Positions 28,628-39,044 of a stretch of DNA of 61,374 nt are shown here, piece by piece; the first letter of the stretch is position 1; each line of letters starts with the position of its first letter. The notes under the pieces are model-generated. The model saw only the letters and a program-made list of their open reading frames with translations. It made no database searches and was not told where the DNA came from. The DNA comes from a virus (lineage: Duplodnaviria > Caudoviricetes), in the IMG/VR virus record IMGVR_UViG_3300009790_000009, positions 1-61,374 of that record. The stretch is one strand, 5' to 3'. The translations under genes were made by a program, and so were the position numbers.

Positions 28628-31600
28628 ATGGCAAATCAAAATTTTAGAGTCAAACACGGTCTAGAAGTAGGCGGCGTAGAGATAGCAAATAGCTCTGGAG
28701 CCGTTAATGCTTCAAGTTTACCAGCATCAGGTGTTACAGCAGCATCATATGGTAATACTACAAAGATAGCAAAATTAACTGTTAACGCAAAAGGTTTAAT
28801 AACTGCGGCAGAGGATGTCACTCCAGGTGGAATGGTATCAGATTTTGATTATACTGCTGCTAATACAACATATACATTAGTAACTGGTGGTGGAACTTAT
28901 GCACAAACAATTCCAGTAGCTAACTCAACTGTAAGAGGTTTAGTAGCTTTAGCTAATGGTATAAGTGCTAACGCAACTGGCTATTTAAATGTATTAGCTG
29001 GTAACTCACAAGTCGTATCGAATACAACAGGTGTATGGATTGCAGAAGGCAATATAGACATACACAACTTATCAGGCTATGTAGCCAACGAAAATATAGA
29101 TCATTCAAGTGTTAATATAACAGCTGGAAATGGTCTAACAGGTGGTGGAGATATATCGGCCACAAGAACAGTATCAGTAAATGCTAATAATGGTATTACA
29201 GTAAATTCAACTGGTACATTCGTCAGATCAGGAACAGGAACAACTGTTAACTCTACTGGTGTTCATATTGGACAAGCAGTAGGAACTACATCTGACGTAG
29301 AATTTAGAGACTTAACTATATCTGGTAATTTAACCGTAACAGGTACACAGACAACAGTTAATACAACTAACATGATAGTAAACGATGCTATCATTACTCT
29401 CGCTTCAGGACAAACAGGAACTCCTTCATTAGATTCAGGATTTGAAGTAGAACGTGGATCCGCAGCCAATGCCCTATTCTATTGGGATGAGTCAACAGAT
29501 AAATGGACTCATAAGTTAGCTGGTGGAACCGAATATAAATTCTTTACTAAAGCAGAAGATATCGCTTTAGGAACAGATACTTCAGGTAATTATATGACAG
29601 ATACTTCTGCCGGTAACGGTATGTCAGTATCTCATACTCCTGGTGAAGGATCAACAGCAACAGTAACAGTTAATGCACAAACAGGTTTAACTGCTAACTC
29701 AACTGGTTTATATACCAATGATGGTGAAATAGATATTCACAGTCTTTCAGGTTATGTTGCAAATGAACATATAGATCATAGTTCAGTATCAGTTACTGCA
29801 GGTAACGGTCTAGAAGGTGGTGGTACAATTGCTGCTACTAGGACAGTTGCAGTTTTAGCTAATACAGGTATTACATCTAACTCAACTGGTGTATTCACTA
29901 AAGATTCAGAAATAGATCACGATAGTTTATCTAACTTCGTAGCTAACGAACATATAGATCATAGTAGTGTTACTATGACAGCTGGTAATGGTTTAACAGG
30001 TGGTGGTACAATTGCTGCTACTAGAACATTAGCAGTAAATCCAGGTACAACATCTCCATTTATAGCTAACTCAACAGGATTGTGGTTAAAAGCTAACACA
30101 GGTATTGTTGCTAACTCATCCGGTGTCTTTGCAGGATCCGGTGGTATTGTTCATGATGACTTATCTGGATTCGTAGCTAACGAACATATAGACCACTCAG
30201 GTGTTGATATAACAGCTGGTAATGGTTTAACTGGTGGCGGTGATATTACAGCTACTAGAACATTAGCAGTAGAAGCTAACACAGGTATTGTTGCTAACTC
30301 TGATGGTGTGTTTGTTAATGCTGGCCAAGTAGATCACGATGGTTTATCTAACTTCGTGGCTAACGAACATATCGATCACAGCACAGTATCTGTAACCGCA
30401 GGTAATGGTTTATCTGGTGGTGGCACTATAGCAGCTACTAGAACATTAGCGGTAGTTGGTAATACTGGTATTACATCTAATTCAACTGGTGTATTCACTA
30501 ACGATTCAGAAATTGATATACATAGTCTTTCAGGATACGTAGCCAATGAGCATATAGATCATAGTAGTGTTACTATGACAGCTGGTAATGGTATAACTGG
30601 CGGTGGTACAATCGCTGCTACAAGAACATTCGCAGTAGAAGGAAATACAGGTATTACTGTAAGTAGTGATGGTGTATTTACAAACGATAGTGAAATTGTT
30701 CATGATAGTTTAAGTGGCTTTGTAAGTAATGAGCATATAGATCACTCGAGTGTTAGCGTAACTGCTGGCAATGGATTATCTGGTGGTGGAGATATAACTA
30801 CTACTAGAACAATAACTGTTAAAGCTAATAATGGTATTTCAGCAAACTCATCTGGAGTCTTTGCAAAGGTTGGATCATCATTAGTAGTTAACTCAACAGG
30901 TATTCATACACCTCAGGCTTTAAGCACAACAGATAACGTACAGTTTAACGATTTAACAGTAGCTGGTAACTTAACAGTATCAGGTGCTACAGTAACAATT
31001 GATGCAACAACATTATCAGTTAATGATAATATAATCACACTTTCATCCGGTCATTCAGGTGCACCTTCAGCAGACGCAGGTTTATCTGTTAATAGAGGAT
31101 CCTCTGCTAATGCAGAACTTTATTGGGATGAATCGACTGATAGATGGACACACAAATTAGCTGGTGGATCTGAATATGCTGTTCACACAAAAGCAAATGA
31201 TATTGCTTTAGGAACAGATACTTCAGGTAACTATGTTGATAATGTCACAGCTGGAGTTGGTCTTGCAGTAACAGGATCAGCAGGAGAAGGTTGGGAACCA
31301 GCAGTAGCAGTAGTAGCCAATACTGGTATTACAGCTAACTCAACAGGTATATTTACAAACGATTCAGAAATTGATATACACAGTTTATCCGGATATGTAG
31401 CTAATGAACATATAGATCATAGTGGAGTTACAATAACCGCTGGTAATGGTTTATCAGGTGGTGGAGATATAACTGCTACTAGAACATTAACATTACAAGC
31501 AAACAATGGTTTAGTTGCCAACTCAACTGGTGCCTTTGTAGTAGCCGGAACTGGAGTAACAGTAAATTCAACAGGTGTTCATATCGGTCAATCTGTAGGC

Positions 31601-31711
31601 ACAGGTGACGATGTAACATTTAACAACGTAGATGTCGATGGAGACCTAAGAGACGGCTCAAACAGAGTATTTAAGGTTTACAATTCAAGTGGCACGGTTG
31701 TATGGGGGTAA
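28628..31711 (+). CDS. Long tail fibre-like protein with eight His-containing repeats of about 60 aa (1027 aa)
   Basis: FRVKHGL N-terminus, eight copies of H..LS.(Y/F)V.NE(H/N)IDHS.V..TAGNG..GGG.I..TRT and a duplicated YWDESTD.WTHKLAGG module. Confidence 0.75.
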   Translation: MANQNFRVKHGLEVGGVEIANSSGAVNASSLPASGVTAASYGNTTKIAKLTVNAKGLITAAEDVTPGGMVSDFDYTAANTTYTLVTGGGTYAQTIPVANSTVRGLVALANGISANATGYLNVLAGNSQVVSNTTGVWIAEGNIDIHNLSGYVANENIDHSSVNITAGNGLTGGGDISATRTVSVNANNGITVNSTGTFVRSGTGTTVNSTGVHIGQAVGTTSDVEFRDLTISGNLTVTGTQTTVNTTNMIVNDAIITLASGQTGTPSLDSGFEVERGSAANALFYWDESTDKWTHKLAGGTEYKFFTKAEDIALGTDTSGNYMTDTSAGNGMSVSHTPGEGSTATVTVNAQTGLTANSTGLYTNDGEIDIHSLSGYVANEHIDHSSVSVTAGNGLEGGGTIAATRTVAVLANTGITSNSTGVFTKDSEIDHDSLSNFVANEHIDHSSVTMTAGNGLTGGGTIAATRTLAVNPGTTSPFIANSTGLWLKANTGIVANSSGVFAGSGGIVHDDLSGFVANEHIDHSGVDITAGNGLTGGGDITATRTLAVEANTGIVANSDGVFVNAGQVDHDGLSNFVANEHIDHSTVSVTAGNGLSGGGTIAATRTLAVVGNTGITSNSTGVFTNDSEIDIHSLSGYVANEHIDHSSVTMTAGNGITGGGTIAATRTFAVEGNTGITVSSDGVFTNDSEIVHDSLSGFVSNEHIDHSSVSVTAGNGLSGGGDITTTRTITVKANNGISANSSGVFAKVGSSLVVNSTGIHTPQALSTTDNVQFNDLTVAGNLTVSGATVTIDATTLSVNDNIITLSSGHSGAPSADAGLSVNRGSSANAELYWDESTDRWTHKLAGGSEYAVHTKANDIALGTDTSGNYVDNVTAGVGLAVTGSAGEGWEPAVAVVANTGITANSTGIFTNDSEIDIHSLSGYVANEHIDHSGVTITAGNGLSGGGDITATRTLTLQANNGLVANSTGAFVVAGTGVTVNSTGVHIGQSVGTGDDVTFNNVDVDGDLRDGSNRVFKVYNSSGTVVWG

Positions 31712-31714
31712 TTA

Positions 31715-32461
31715 ATGGCGCTTCCCGCGAGTAGAACAGCTTTTAAAGAATATTGTTTAAGGAAGCTTGGTTATCCAGTTATTGAAATTAACGTAGAGGA
31801 TGATCAATCAGAAGATAGAATAGACGAAGCTTTATCTTTTTATTGGGACTATCACTTTGATGGATCCGAAAGAACTTTCTATAAATGGACAATTACAGAT
31901 GATGATATTGCAAACAAATATTTAACTGTACCAGAAAATATTATTGGTGCTGTTAGAATATTTGATATTGGTGATGCTCTTTCTACAAATAATTTATTCA
32001 ATATTAGATATCAGATCGCATTAAACGATCTATATGATTTAACTTCTTTTAATCAATCATTAGTAACATATTATACTAATATGATGCATATTAGATTTAT
32101 AGAAGAAATATTAGTTGGTAGACAACCAATTAGATATAATAGACATATTAATAAACTATATGTTGATATGGATTGGGATAAGATGCAAGCAGGCGAAAAG
32201 ATTATTGCTGAGTGTTATCAAATAGTAGATCCTGATACTTATACAGATGTATGGAAAGACAGATGGTTGCAGAATTATGCAACTGCTAAAATAAAATTTC
32301 AATGGGGATCTAATCTATCAAAGTTTGAAGGTCTTCAATTGCCAGGTGGTGTACAATTTAATGGTACTAAAATACAGGATGATGCATTGCAAGAAATTGC
32401 AAAGTTAGAAGAGGAGATGCTTGTATCCTATAGCTTACCTGTAACAGATATGATAGGATGA
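31715..32461 (+). CDS. gp13: Neck protein gp13
   Basis: Contains YCLRKLGYPVIEINV.DDQ..DRIDEAL and QWGSNLSKFEG.QLPGGV.FNG. Confidence 0.93.
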   Translation: MALPASRTAFKEYCLRKLGYPVIEINVEDDQSEDRIDEALSFYWDYHFDGSERTFYKWTITDDDIANKYLTVPENIIGAVRIFDIGDALSTNNLFNIRYQIALNDLYDLTSFNQSLVTYYTNMMHIRFIEEILVGRQPIRYNRHINKLYVDMDWDKMQAGEKIIAECYQIVDPDTYTDVWKDRWLQNYATAKIKFQWGSNLSKFEGLQLPGGVQFNGTKIQDDALQEIAKLEEEMLVSYSLPVTDMIG

Positions 32462-32467
32462 TAAAGC

Positions 32468-33223
32468 ATGGCCAGAAGCAACTACTTTCAAAACTATCAA
32501 GCTAGTGGTGAGACTCGTTTAATAGACGATCTCATTATTGAGGCTATAGGCATATATGGCCAAGAAGCCTTCTTCCTACCTAGAACGGTAGTTAATCAAG
32601 ACAACCTATTTTCCGAAGATACTATTTCACAGTTTGCGGGTGCATATCCGTTAGAGATGTATATTAAGGATGTTGAAGGGTTCTCTGGTGAAGGTGATTT
32701 CTTATCTAGATTTGGTTTAGAAATTAGAGATCAGATAACAATGTCTATCTCTAGAAGAAGATTTGGTGAAGAAGTAACAGAATGGGATACTTCAATAACA
32801 AGACCAAGAGAAGGTGATTTAGTTTATCTTCCTTGGATTAAAGGATCCTTACCGTCAGCAATAGGTGCTTTATTTGAAATCAAGTATGTAGTCCATGATG
32901 CACTATTCTATCAATTAGGGGATTTATATACTTATGATATGACCCTAGAAAGATTCGAATATAGTGATGAGAGATTAGATACAGGATTAGAATTAATTGA
33001 TAATATTGAAGTAGATGAATCTCAATCTTATCAAATAACTAAAGCGCAATTAGCAACAGAGACAGGAGCCATTATCGCAATGGAGAATGGCACATATTTA
33101 ATTAATGATAATTATTCTAAACGATTAGTAGATAAGGATGATGATTCAGATTTCTTCCAAAGCGGTGGATCTGGATTCATAGACTTCTCAGAAATAAATC
33201 CGTTTAGTGAGGGAACATTTTAA
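32468..33223 (+). CDS. gp14: Neck protein gp14
   Basis: Contains [34 protein letters not shown] and DFSEINPF. Confidence 0.92.
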   Translation: MARSNYFQNYQASGETRLIDDLIIEAIGIYGQEAFFLPRTVVNQDNLFSEDTISQFAGAYPLEMYIKDVEGFSGEGDFLSRFGLEIRDQITMSISRRRFGEEVTEWDTSITRPREGDLVYLPWIKGSLPSAIGALFEIKYVVHDALFYQLGDLYTYDMTLERFEYSDERLDTGLELIDNIEVDESQSYQITKAQLATETGAIIAMENGTYLINDNYSKRLVDKDDDSDFFQSGGSGFIDFSEINPFSEGTF

Positions 33224-33438
33224 TGATAGAAAAAATATTAGCAGAGCAGCTTGGCATTAGCGAAGATGCAATTAAAGACGAATCTAACTTTATGGAAGAT
33301 TTAGGTGCGGACTCATTGGACATTGTTGAATTAGTAATGTCTATAGAAGAAGAATTTGATATAGAAATATCTGATGATGAAGCAGAAACAATAAAAACAG
33401 TTAAAGATTTAAAAGAACATATTGAGGCTTATTCCTAA
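33223..33438 (+). CDS. acpP: Acyl carrier protein
   Basis: [30 protein letters not shown] carries the phosphopantetheine Ser motif. Confidence 0.93.
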   Translation: MIEKILAEQLGISEDAIKDESNFMEDLGADSLDIVELVMSIEEEFDIEISDDEAETIKTVKDLKEHIEAYS

Positions 33439-34271
33439 TGTTCGGACAGAAGTTTTACAACGGAGTTATTCGTAAGTATGTTATATACTTTGGAACCCTA
33501 TTTAATCAAATAGAAATTGATAGAGTAGATGGTTCAGGTGATACCATACAGAATATTCGTGTGCCTATATCATATGGGCCAAGGCAAAGCTTCATAGAAA
33601 GACTTAATGTAGATCCTAACCTCGATAGACAAGTAGCAGTACAATTACCTAGAATGTCATTTGAAATGTCTAACATGCAATATGCACCTGAAAGAAGATT
33701 GAACCCAGCTAGAAAATTATATCAAGTTAAGTCAGACGACACACATAGATTTAAATCAACATTCACTCCAACACCTTTTGATATTAACTTTCAATTATCA
33801 ATTGCGGTTAAGAACGCAGAAGATGGAGTTAGAATATTAGAACAAATATTACCATTCTTTACACCTGAGTATACTGCGACATTAAAGTTATTAGATGACT
33901 TTGATGTTAAGATGGATATACCAGTTGTATTTCAATCATTAACGTCTGAAGACACATATGAAGGTGATATGGAAACGCGAAGAGCATTAATACATACTTT
34001 AGACTTTATTGTTAAAGGATATATATTTGGTAGAGTATCTGATCAAGGCGGATTAATTAGATCTGCTAATACACAATTCTTTGTTGATACAACAGCGAAT
34101 GGTGCATTTACTTTAGACGGATCCGATCCATCATCTAAGGTGGTTATCAAACCAGGTCTAGATGCAAATGGCAATCCTACAAGTAATTCTAGTGTTAGTA
34201 TAAATACTAATAGTATTAACGCCAATGATAATTTTGGTTATATAAGTGAGAAGACGGTAGAAAATGGATGA
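33438..34271 (+). CDS. gp15: Tail sheath stabiliser/terminator gp15
   Basis: Contains FGTLFN.I, VPISYGP, LPRMSFEM, ILEQILPFFTP and D.YEGD..TRR. Confidence 0.92.
   Translation: MFGQKFYNGVIRKYVIYFGTLFNQIEIDRVDGSGDTIQNIRVPISYGPRQSFIERLNVDPNLDRQVAVQLPRMSFEMSNMQYAPERRLNPARKLYQVKSDDTHRFKSTFTPTPFDINFQLSIAVKNAEDGVRILEQILPFFTPEYTATLKLLDDFDVKMDIPVVFQSLTSEDTYEGDMETRRALIHTLDFIVKGYIFGRVSDQGGLIRSANTQFFVDTTANGAFTLDGSDPSSKVVIKPGLDANGNPTSNSSVSINTNSINANDNFGYISEKTVENG
34199..34206 (+). promoter_or_regulatory. T4-type late promoter TATAAATA
   Basis: Exact consensus upstream of the terminase genes. Confidence 0.6.
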
Positions 34272-34668
34272 TAAAATTGGTAAGTTTCTTGAACTAGATC
34301 CTTTAGAACAAGATATATCAAAAGCAAAAGATATAGTAAAGGACTCTAAAATAGACAATGACTTTGAATATGCACGTGGTAATTTATACCAAGTTGTAGA
34401 ACAAGGAAGTCATGCGCTCGAAGAATTATTGCAAGTAGCGCAAGCAAGTCAACACCCCAGAGCATTTGAAGTAGTAGCAACATTAGTTAAAGTATTGGCT
34501 GACGCCAATATGACCTTAATGGATTTAACTAAGAAGAAACAAGATATAACAAATGAATCTGGTAAAGGACCCAACACAGTTAATAATACTTTGTTCGTTG
34601 GATCTACCGGCGAGCTCCAAAAATTAATCAAGAAGCAAATAAAAAATGTCGACAGCACAACAAATTAA
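34264..34668 (+). CDS. gp16: Terminase small subunit gp16
   Basis: Contains DFEYARGNL, HPRAFEV and NNTLFVGSTGELQKL. Confidence 0.92.
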   Translation: MDDKIGKFLELDPLEQDISKAKDIVKDSKIDNDFEYARGNLYQVVEQGSHALEELLQVAQASQHPRAFEVVATLVKVLADANMTLMDLTKKKQDITNESGKGPNTVNNTLFVGSTGELQKLIKKQIKNVDSTTN

Positions 34669-36265
34669 AGAGAATTATCTAGGTAATCCTAATTTAAAAC
34701 GAGCTAATATACCACAGGAGTTTACTCCGGAGCAGGTAGAAGAGTTTGTTAAGTGTTCACAGGATCCTCTTTATTTTATACAAGAGTATATTAATATTGT
34801 CAACATTGATGAGGGCTTAATAAAATTTGAGCCTTATGATTTTCAAAAAGAAATAATAGAATTAGTCAAAGACGAAAGGTTTGTCATATGTAAAATGCCT
34901 AGACAGACCGGTAAGACAACTACTATATGTGCAGTCTTACTTTGGTATATGATGTTCACAGAGAGCTTTAACATAGCTATACTCGCGCATAAGAGCTCAC
35001 AATCGCGAGATATTCTTGGACGTATACAGTTGGCATACGAACACTTACCGCGATGGTTACAACTAGGTATAGTAGAGTGGAACAAAGGTAATGTAGAGTT
35101 AGAGAATGGATCTAAGATCCTAGCAGCTTCTACATCAGCATCGTCTATTAGGGGTGGATCATTTAACCTAATATACTTAGATGAGTTTGCTTTTGTCCCT
35201 ACACATGTACAAGAAGAATTCTTTGCTTCTGTATATCCTACGATATCTTCTGGTCAATCATCAAAGGTATTAATCACATCTACGCCTAATGGTTTAAATT
35301 TGTTTTATAAACTATGGCATGATAGTGAAGAAAACTTAAACGAATATAAAAGAATAGATGTTCATTGGTCAGATGTTCCTGGTAGAGATAAGGAATGGCA
35401 AGAACAGACTATAAGAAATACAAGTGAAGAACAGTTCAGACAAGAGTTTGAATGTGAATTTATAGGATCGACTAATACGTTAATTAGTCCTAGTGTATTA
35501 AAAAGGCTGGTTTATGAGAAACCTGTTACTCAGAATGAGCATGTTAGAGTGTATGATGAACCGAAGCCAAAACATATATATACTATAGTTGTTGATACTT
35601 CTAGAGGTGTTAATCAAGATTATTCTGCATTTGCAGTAATAGATGCAACAGAGTTACCACATAAGGTAGTATGTTGTTATCAGAATAATGAAATATCACC
35701 AATGCAGTATCCACAAGTTATACAAGGATTTGCTAAATCATACAACGAAGCGTTTGTTTTAGTAGAGTCAAATGATATTGGAATGGCAGTGGCAGAGTCA
35801 CTACATTCCGAATTAGAAGTAGATAATGTATTAATGTCTGCTGCTAGAGGAAGAGCTGGTCAGGTGTTATCTTCTGGATTTGGGGGTGTAGGCCAACAAT
35901 ATCTTGGAGTTAGAACAACTAAACAAGTAAAACGTAATGGTTGTTTACATCTAAAAACAATTATTGAGAAAGATCAGCTTATTATTAATGATTACAAGGT
36001 GCTAGAAGAATTAACACACTTTGTACAAAAGGGGGAGTCTTACGAAGCCGAAGGTGGGAACCATGACGATTTAGTCATGTGTTTAGTATTATATGGTTGG
36101 CTTTGTGTTCAAGACTACTATAAAGAGCTTATAAGCTCAGACATAAGAAAGCATATACAGGATCAGAACGCGAAAATTGTAGAAGATGATATGATCCCGT
36201 TTGGATTTGTTAATGACGGTGTTGAAGAATTACCTGAAGGATATGCCCAAGAAGGCAGTTGGTAA
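34646..36265 (+). CDS. gp17: Terminase large subunit gp17
   Basis: Contains YLGNPNLK, Walker A PRQTGKTT, IYLDEFAFV, ITSTPNG and HDDLVM. Confidence 0.97.
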   Translation: MSTAQQIKENYLGNPNLKRANIPQEFTPEQVEEFVKCSQDPLYFIQEYINIVNIDEGLIKFEPYDFQKEIIELVKDERFVICKMPRQTGKTTTICAVLLWYMMFTESFNIAILAHKSSQSRDILGRIQLAYEHLPRWLQLGIVEWNKGNVELENGSKILAASTSASSIRGGSFNLIYLDEFAFVPTHVQEEFFASVYPTISSGQSSKVLITSTPNGLNLFYKLWHDSEENLNEYKRIDVHWSDVPGRDKEWQEQTIRNTSEEQFRQEFECEFIGSTNTLISPSVLKRLVYEKPVTQNEHVRVYDEPKPKHIYTIVVDTSRGVNQDYSAFAVIDATELPHKVVCCYQNNEISPMQYPQVIQGFAKSYNEAFVLVESNDIGMAVAESLHSELEVDNVLMSAARGRAGQVLSSGFGGVGQQYLGVRTTKQVKRNGCLHLKTIIEKDQLIINDYKVLEELTHFVQKGESYEAEGGNHDDLVMCLVLYGWLCVQDYYKELISSDIRKHIQDQNAKIVEDDMIPFGFVNDGVEELPEGYAQEGSW

Positions 36266-36283
36266 TATTAAGAACAGTAGTCT

Positions 36284-36291
36284 TATAAATA
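36284..36291 (+). promoter_or_regulatory. T4-type late promoter TATAAATA
   Basis: Exact consensus in the gp17-gp18 intergenic region. Confidence 0.8.
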
Positions 36292-36332
36292 TATCCAAAC
36301 AGTTTATATGACATTTATAAAGGAGACAAAAA

Positions 36333-38426
36333 ATGGGATTTCAAGTTAGTCCTGGTGTTAATGTTAGCGAAATAGACTTAACAACCGTTGTCCCTGCGGT
36401 CTCTACGACTGAGGGCGCCATTGCTGGTGTGTTCAATTGGGGTCCAGTAGAACAACGAGTATTAGTCGATAGCGAAACAACATTAGTATCACGATTCGGT
36501 AAACCTACCTCCGATAACGCAGAGACTTTCTTTACTGCGGCTAATTTTTTAGCTTATGGTAATAAGTTGTATGTGGTAAGAACTGCGTCTTCAGGTGCTT
36601 TAAATGCTACCGGTGTTACATCTTCGGGTGGAAACACAGATGGTGTTTTAATTAAGAACCAAGACCTTTTTGAATCTAATGGTGTAACTGCCAATGCTAA
36701 CTGGATTGTAGCAGCAAAATATGCTGGTACAGACGGTAATAGTTTAAGAGTTGAAGTATGTGATACTCCAGCTGCTTTCTCTAGTAACGTTGATCCAGCT
36801 TGGGGTGGCGGTACTTCCAATAATGCTTCATTAGACCCAGCAGATGCTAATACTCATTTAGCATTTACAATTGGTTCTAATACAGCTACATTGGTATTAA
36901 GAGCTACAGATTCAAGTATTACCAATACTGCACTTAGTACTTTAGCTGATAACGTAGTTGCAGATTTACAAGTCGGCGATCTTATCAAGGTTGGAAATTC
37001 TTCTATCGGTGAACAATCATTAGAAGTAAGCGCTATTGCAGCAAGCGGAGCTGATTCATACGCAGACACAGGTTCAAGCGTATTTAACGTAAGCAGAAAC
37101 ATTAGCTTAAAGAACAGATATACTTTATCTGAAGATATTAATATGGGTACAATCCAAAGACGTTGGAAATATTTCGAGTCTTTCGATTCAGCACCTGGCA
37201 CAACTGACTATGTCTCTGACAGAAGCGGCGCTGGTGATGAACTTCATATTGTTATCGTAGATGAAGACGGAACAATTTCAGGAATACCTGAAACAATATT
37301 AGAATCATGGCCTAGCATGTCTAGAGCAACAGACGCGAAGACTGAGTCTGGAGATTCTAATTATTATTACGATAAAATTAATCAGTCATCCAGTTGGTGT
37401 TATTTCATTAACCATCCAGCAGGAAGCTATTCAACAACTGCAAGTGCTTCAGCAGCGTTAGCAACAGCATTACCTTATAGATATTCTATGGGCGGTGGTG
37501 TAAGTGGTAACAATGAAAGCGCAATCAGCTTGGCAGATCTAGCAAAAGGATATGATTTATTCGCAGATGCTACAGACGTAGATGTTTCCCTAGTTATGCA
37601 GGGAAGAGCAAAAGGCGGCACTAATGGTGAAGGCCTATTCAACTACATCGTAGATAATATAACATCTAAGAGAATGGATTGTGTTGTATTTGGATCTCCA
37701 GAAAAAGCAGATACAGTTGGTGTAACATCAGCATCAGATGCAGCAGACAATGTTGTAGCATTCAGAAACTCATCTAGATCAAGCTCTTACGCTGTTCTAG
37801 ATAGTGGTTATAAGTATCAATACGACAAGTATAATGACGTATATAGATACATTCCATTGAATGGTGATTCAGCAGGTCTAGTAGCTAGAACTGATTCTGA
37901 TAGGGATCCTTGGTTCTCACCAGGTGGATTCAACAGAGGTCAAATTAAGAACGTTGTTAAACTTTCTTATAACCCACGTCAAGCATATAGAGACATTCTT
38001 TATAAAGCAGGCGTTAACCCAGTTGTATCATTTCCAGGACAAGGAACAATTCTATATGGTGACAAAACATTACTTGCTAAACCAAGTGCATTTGATAGAA
38101 TCAACGTAAGACGTTTATTCATCGTACTTGAGAAAGCAATTAGTACTGCTGCTAAATTCACATTGTTTGAATTCAATGATGAGTTTACAAGAGCACAGTT
38201 TGTTAACTTAGTAGAACCTTTCTTAAGAGATGTTCAAGGAAGAAGAGGAATTCAAGACTTTAGAGTTGTTTGTGACGAATCAAATAACACAGGCGAAGTC
38301 ATTGATAGAAACGAATTTGTTGGAGACATATATGTTAAACCAGCAAGATCAATTAACTTCATTCAGTTAAACTTCGTGGCTGTTAGATCAGGCGTTGAGT
38401 TTTCTGAAGTCGTAGGTAAATTTTAA
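36333..38426 (+). CDS. gp18: Tail sheath protein gp18
   Basis: Contains FQVSPGVNVSEIDLT, PWFSPGGFNRG, FDRINVRRLF and KPARSINFIQLNF. Confidence 0.97.
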   Translation: MGFQVSPGVNVSEIDLTTVVPAVSTTEGAIAGVFNWGPVEQRVLVDSETTLVSRFGKPTSDNAETFFTAANFLAYGNKLYVVRTASSGALNATGVTSSGGNTDGVLIKNQDLFESNGVTANANWIVAAKYAGTDGNSLRVEVCDTPAAFSSNVDPAWGGGTSNNASLDPADANTHLAFTIGSNTATLVLRATDSSITNTALSTLADNVVADLQVGDLIKVGNSSIGEQSLEVSAIAASGADSYADTGSSVFNVSRNISLKNRYTLSEDINMGTIQRRWKYFESFDSAPGTTDYVSDRSGAGDELHIVIVDEDGTISGIPETILESWPSMSRATDAKTESGDSNYYYDKINQSSSWCYFINHPAGSYSTTASASAALATALPYRYSMGGGVSGNNESAISLADLAKGYDLFADATDVDVSLVMQGRAKGGTNGEGLFNYIVDNITSKRMDCVVFGSPEKADTVGVTSASDAADNVVAFRNSSRSSSYAVLDSGYKYQYDKYNDVYRYIPLNGDSAGLVARTDSDRDPWFSPGGFNRGQIKNVVKLSYNPRQAYRDILYKAGVNPVVSFPGQGTILYGDKTLLAKPSAFDRINVRRLFIVLEKAISTAAKFTLFEFNDEFTRAQFVNLVEPFLRDVQGRRGIQDFRVVCDESNNTGEVIDRNEFVGDIYVKPARSINFIQLNFVAVRSGVEFSEVVGKF

Positions 38427-38436
38427 GGAGTAAGAA

Positions 38437-38982
38437 ATGGCATTTAATGTAAATGAAATCAGATCACAGCTTACTTTAGGCGGTGCTAGGAACTCCTTAT
38501 TCCAAGTAAGAATTAATAACCCAGCTAATTCAGCTGGTGACTTAAAAGTACCTTTCTTGGTTAAAGCTACGCAAATTCCTGCATCAACCTTAGGCGTGAT
38601 AGAAGTACCTTATTTCGGTAGAAAGATGAAGATCGCTGGTGATAGATTATTCGCCCCTTGGCAAGTAACAGTCATCAATGATGAAGACTTTCTAATCAGA
38701 AACTCTTTAGAAGAGTGGATGGGAGAAATAAACAAGCATGCAGAAAATACTAGAGGATTCGGCTCAGCTGGACCAGACGGTTATAAGAAAGATGCTACTG
38801 TCACACAATTTAGTAAAACTGGTGTTCCGATTAGAGAATACAAATTTGTAGGAATATATCCTGCAGAGCTTGCGGAAATCGATTTAAACTGGGAAGCAGT
38901 TGATCAGATTCAAGAGTTCCAATGCATTTTCCAATACGATTATTGGACAGTGTCTGGTGCTACTGGTAACGCAGGTACATAA
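38437..38982 (+). CDS. gp19: Tail tube protein gp19
   Basis: Contains GGAR..LFQV, VPYFGR..KIAGDR.F..W.VTVINDEDF and FQYDYW. Confidence 0.95.
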   Translation: MAFNVNEIRSQLTLGGARNSLFQVRINNPANSAGDLKVPFLVKATQIPASTLGVIEVPYFGRKMKIAGDRLFAPWQVTVINDEDFLIRNSLEEWMGEINKHAENTRGFGSAGPDGYKKDATVTQFSKTGVPIREYKFVGIYPAELAEIDLNWEAVDQIQEFQCIFQYDYWTVSGATGNAGT

Positions 38983-38990
38983 ATATAATT

Positions 38991-39029
38991 GAAAGAGGGA
39001 TAAGGATGGTCCTATCCCTCTTCATTTTT
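38991..39029 (+). terminator. Putative intrinsic terminator or hairpin between gp19 and gp20
   Basis: Stem aagagggata...tatccctctt followed by a short T run. Confidence 0.55.
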
Positions 39030-39044
39030 GACATGGAGAAATAA

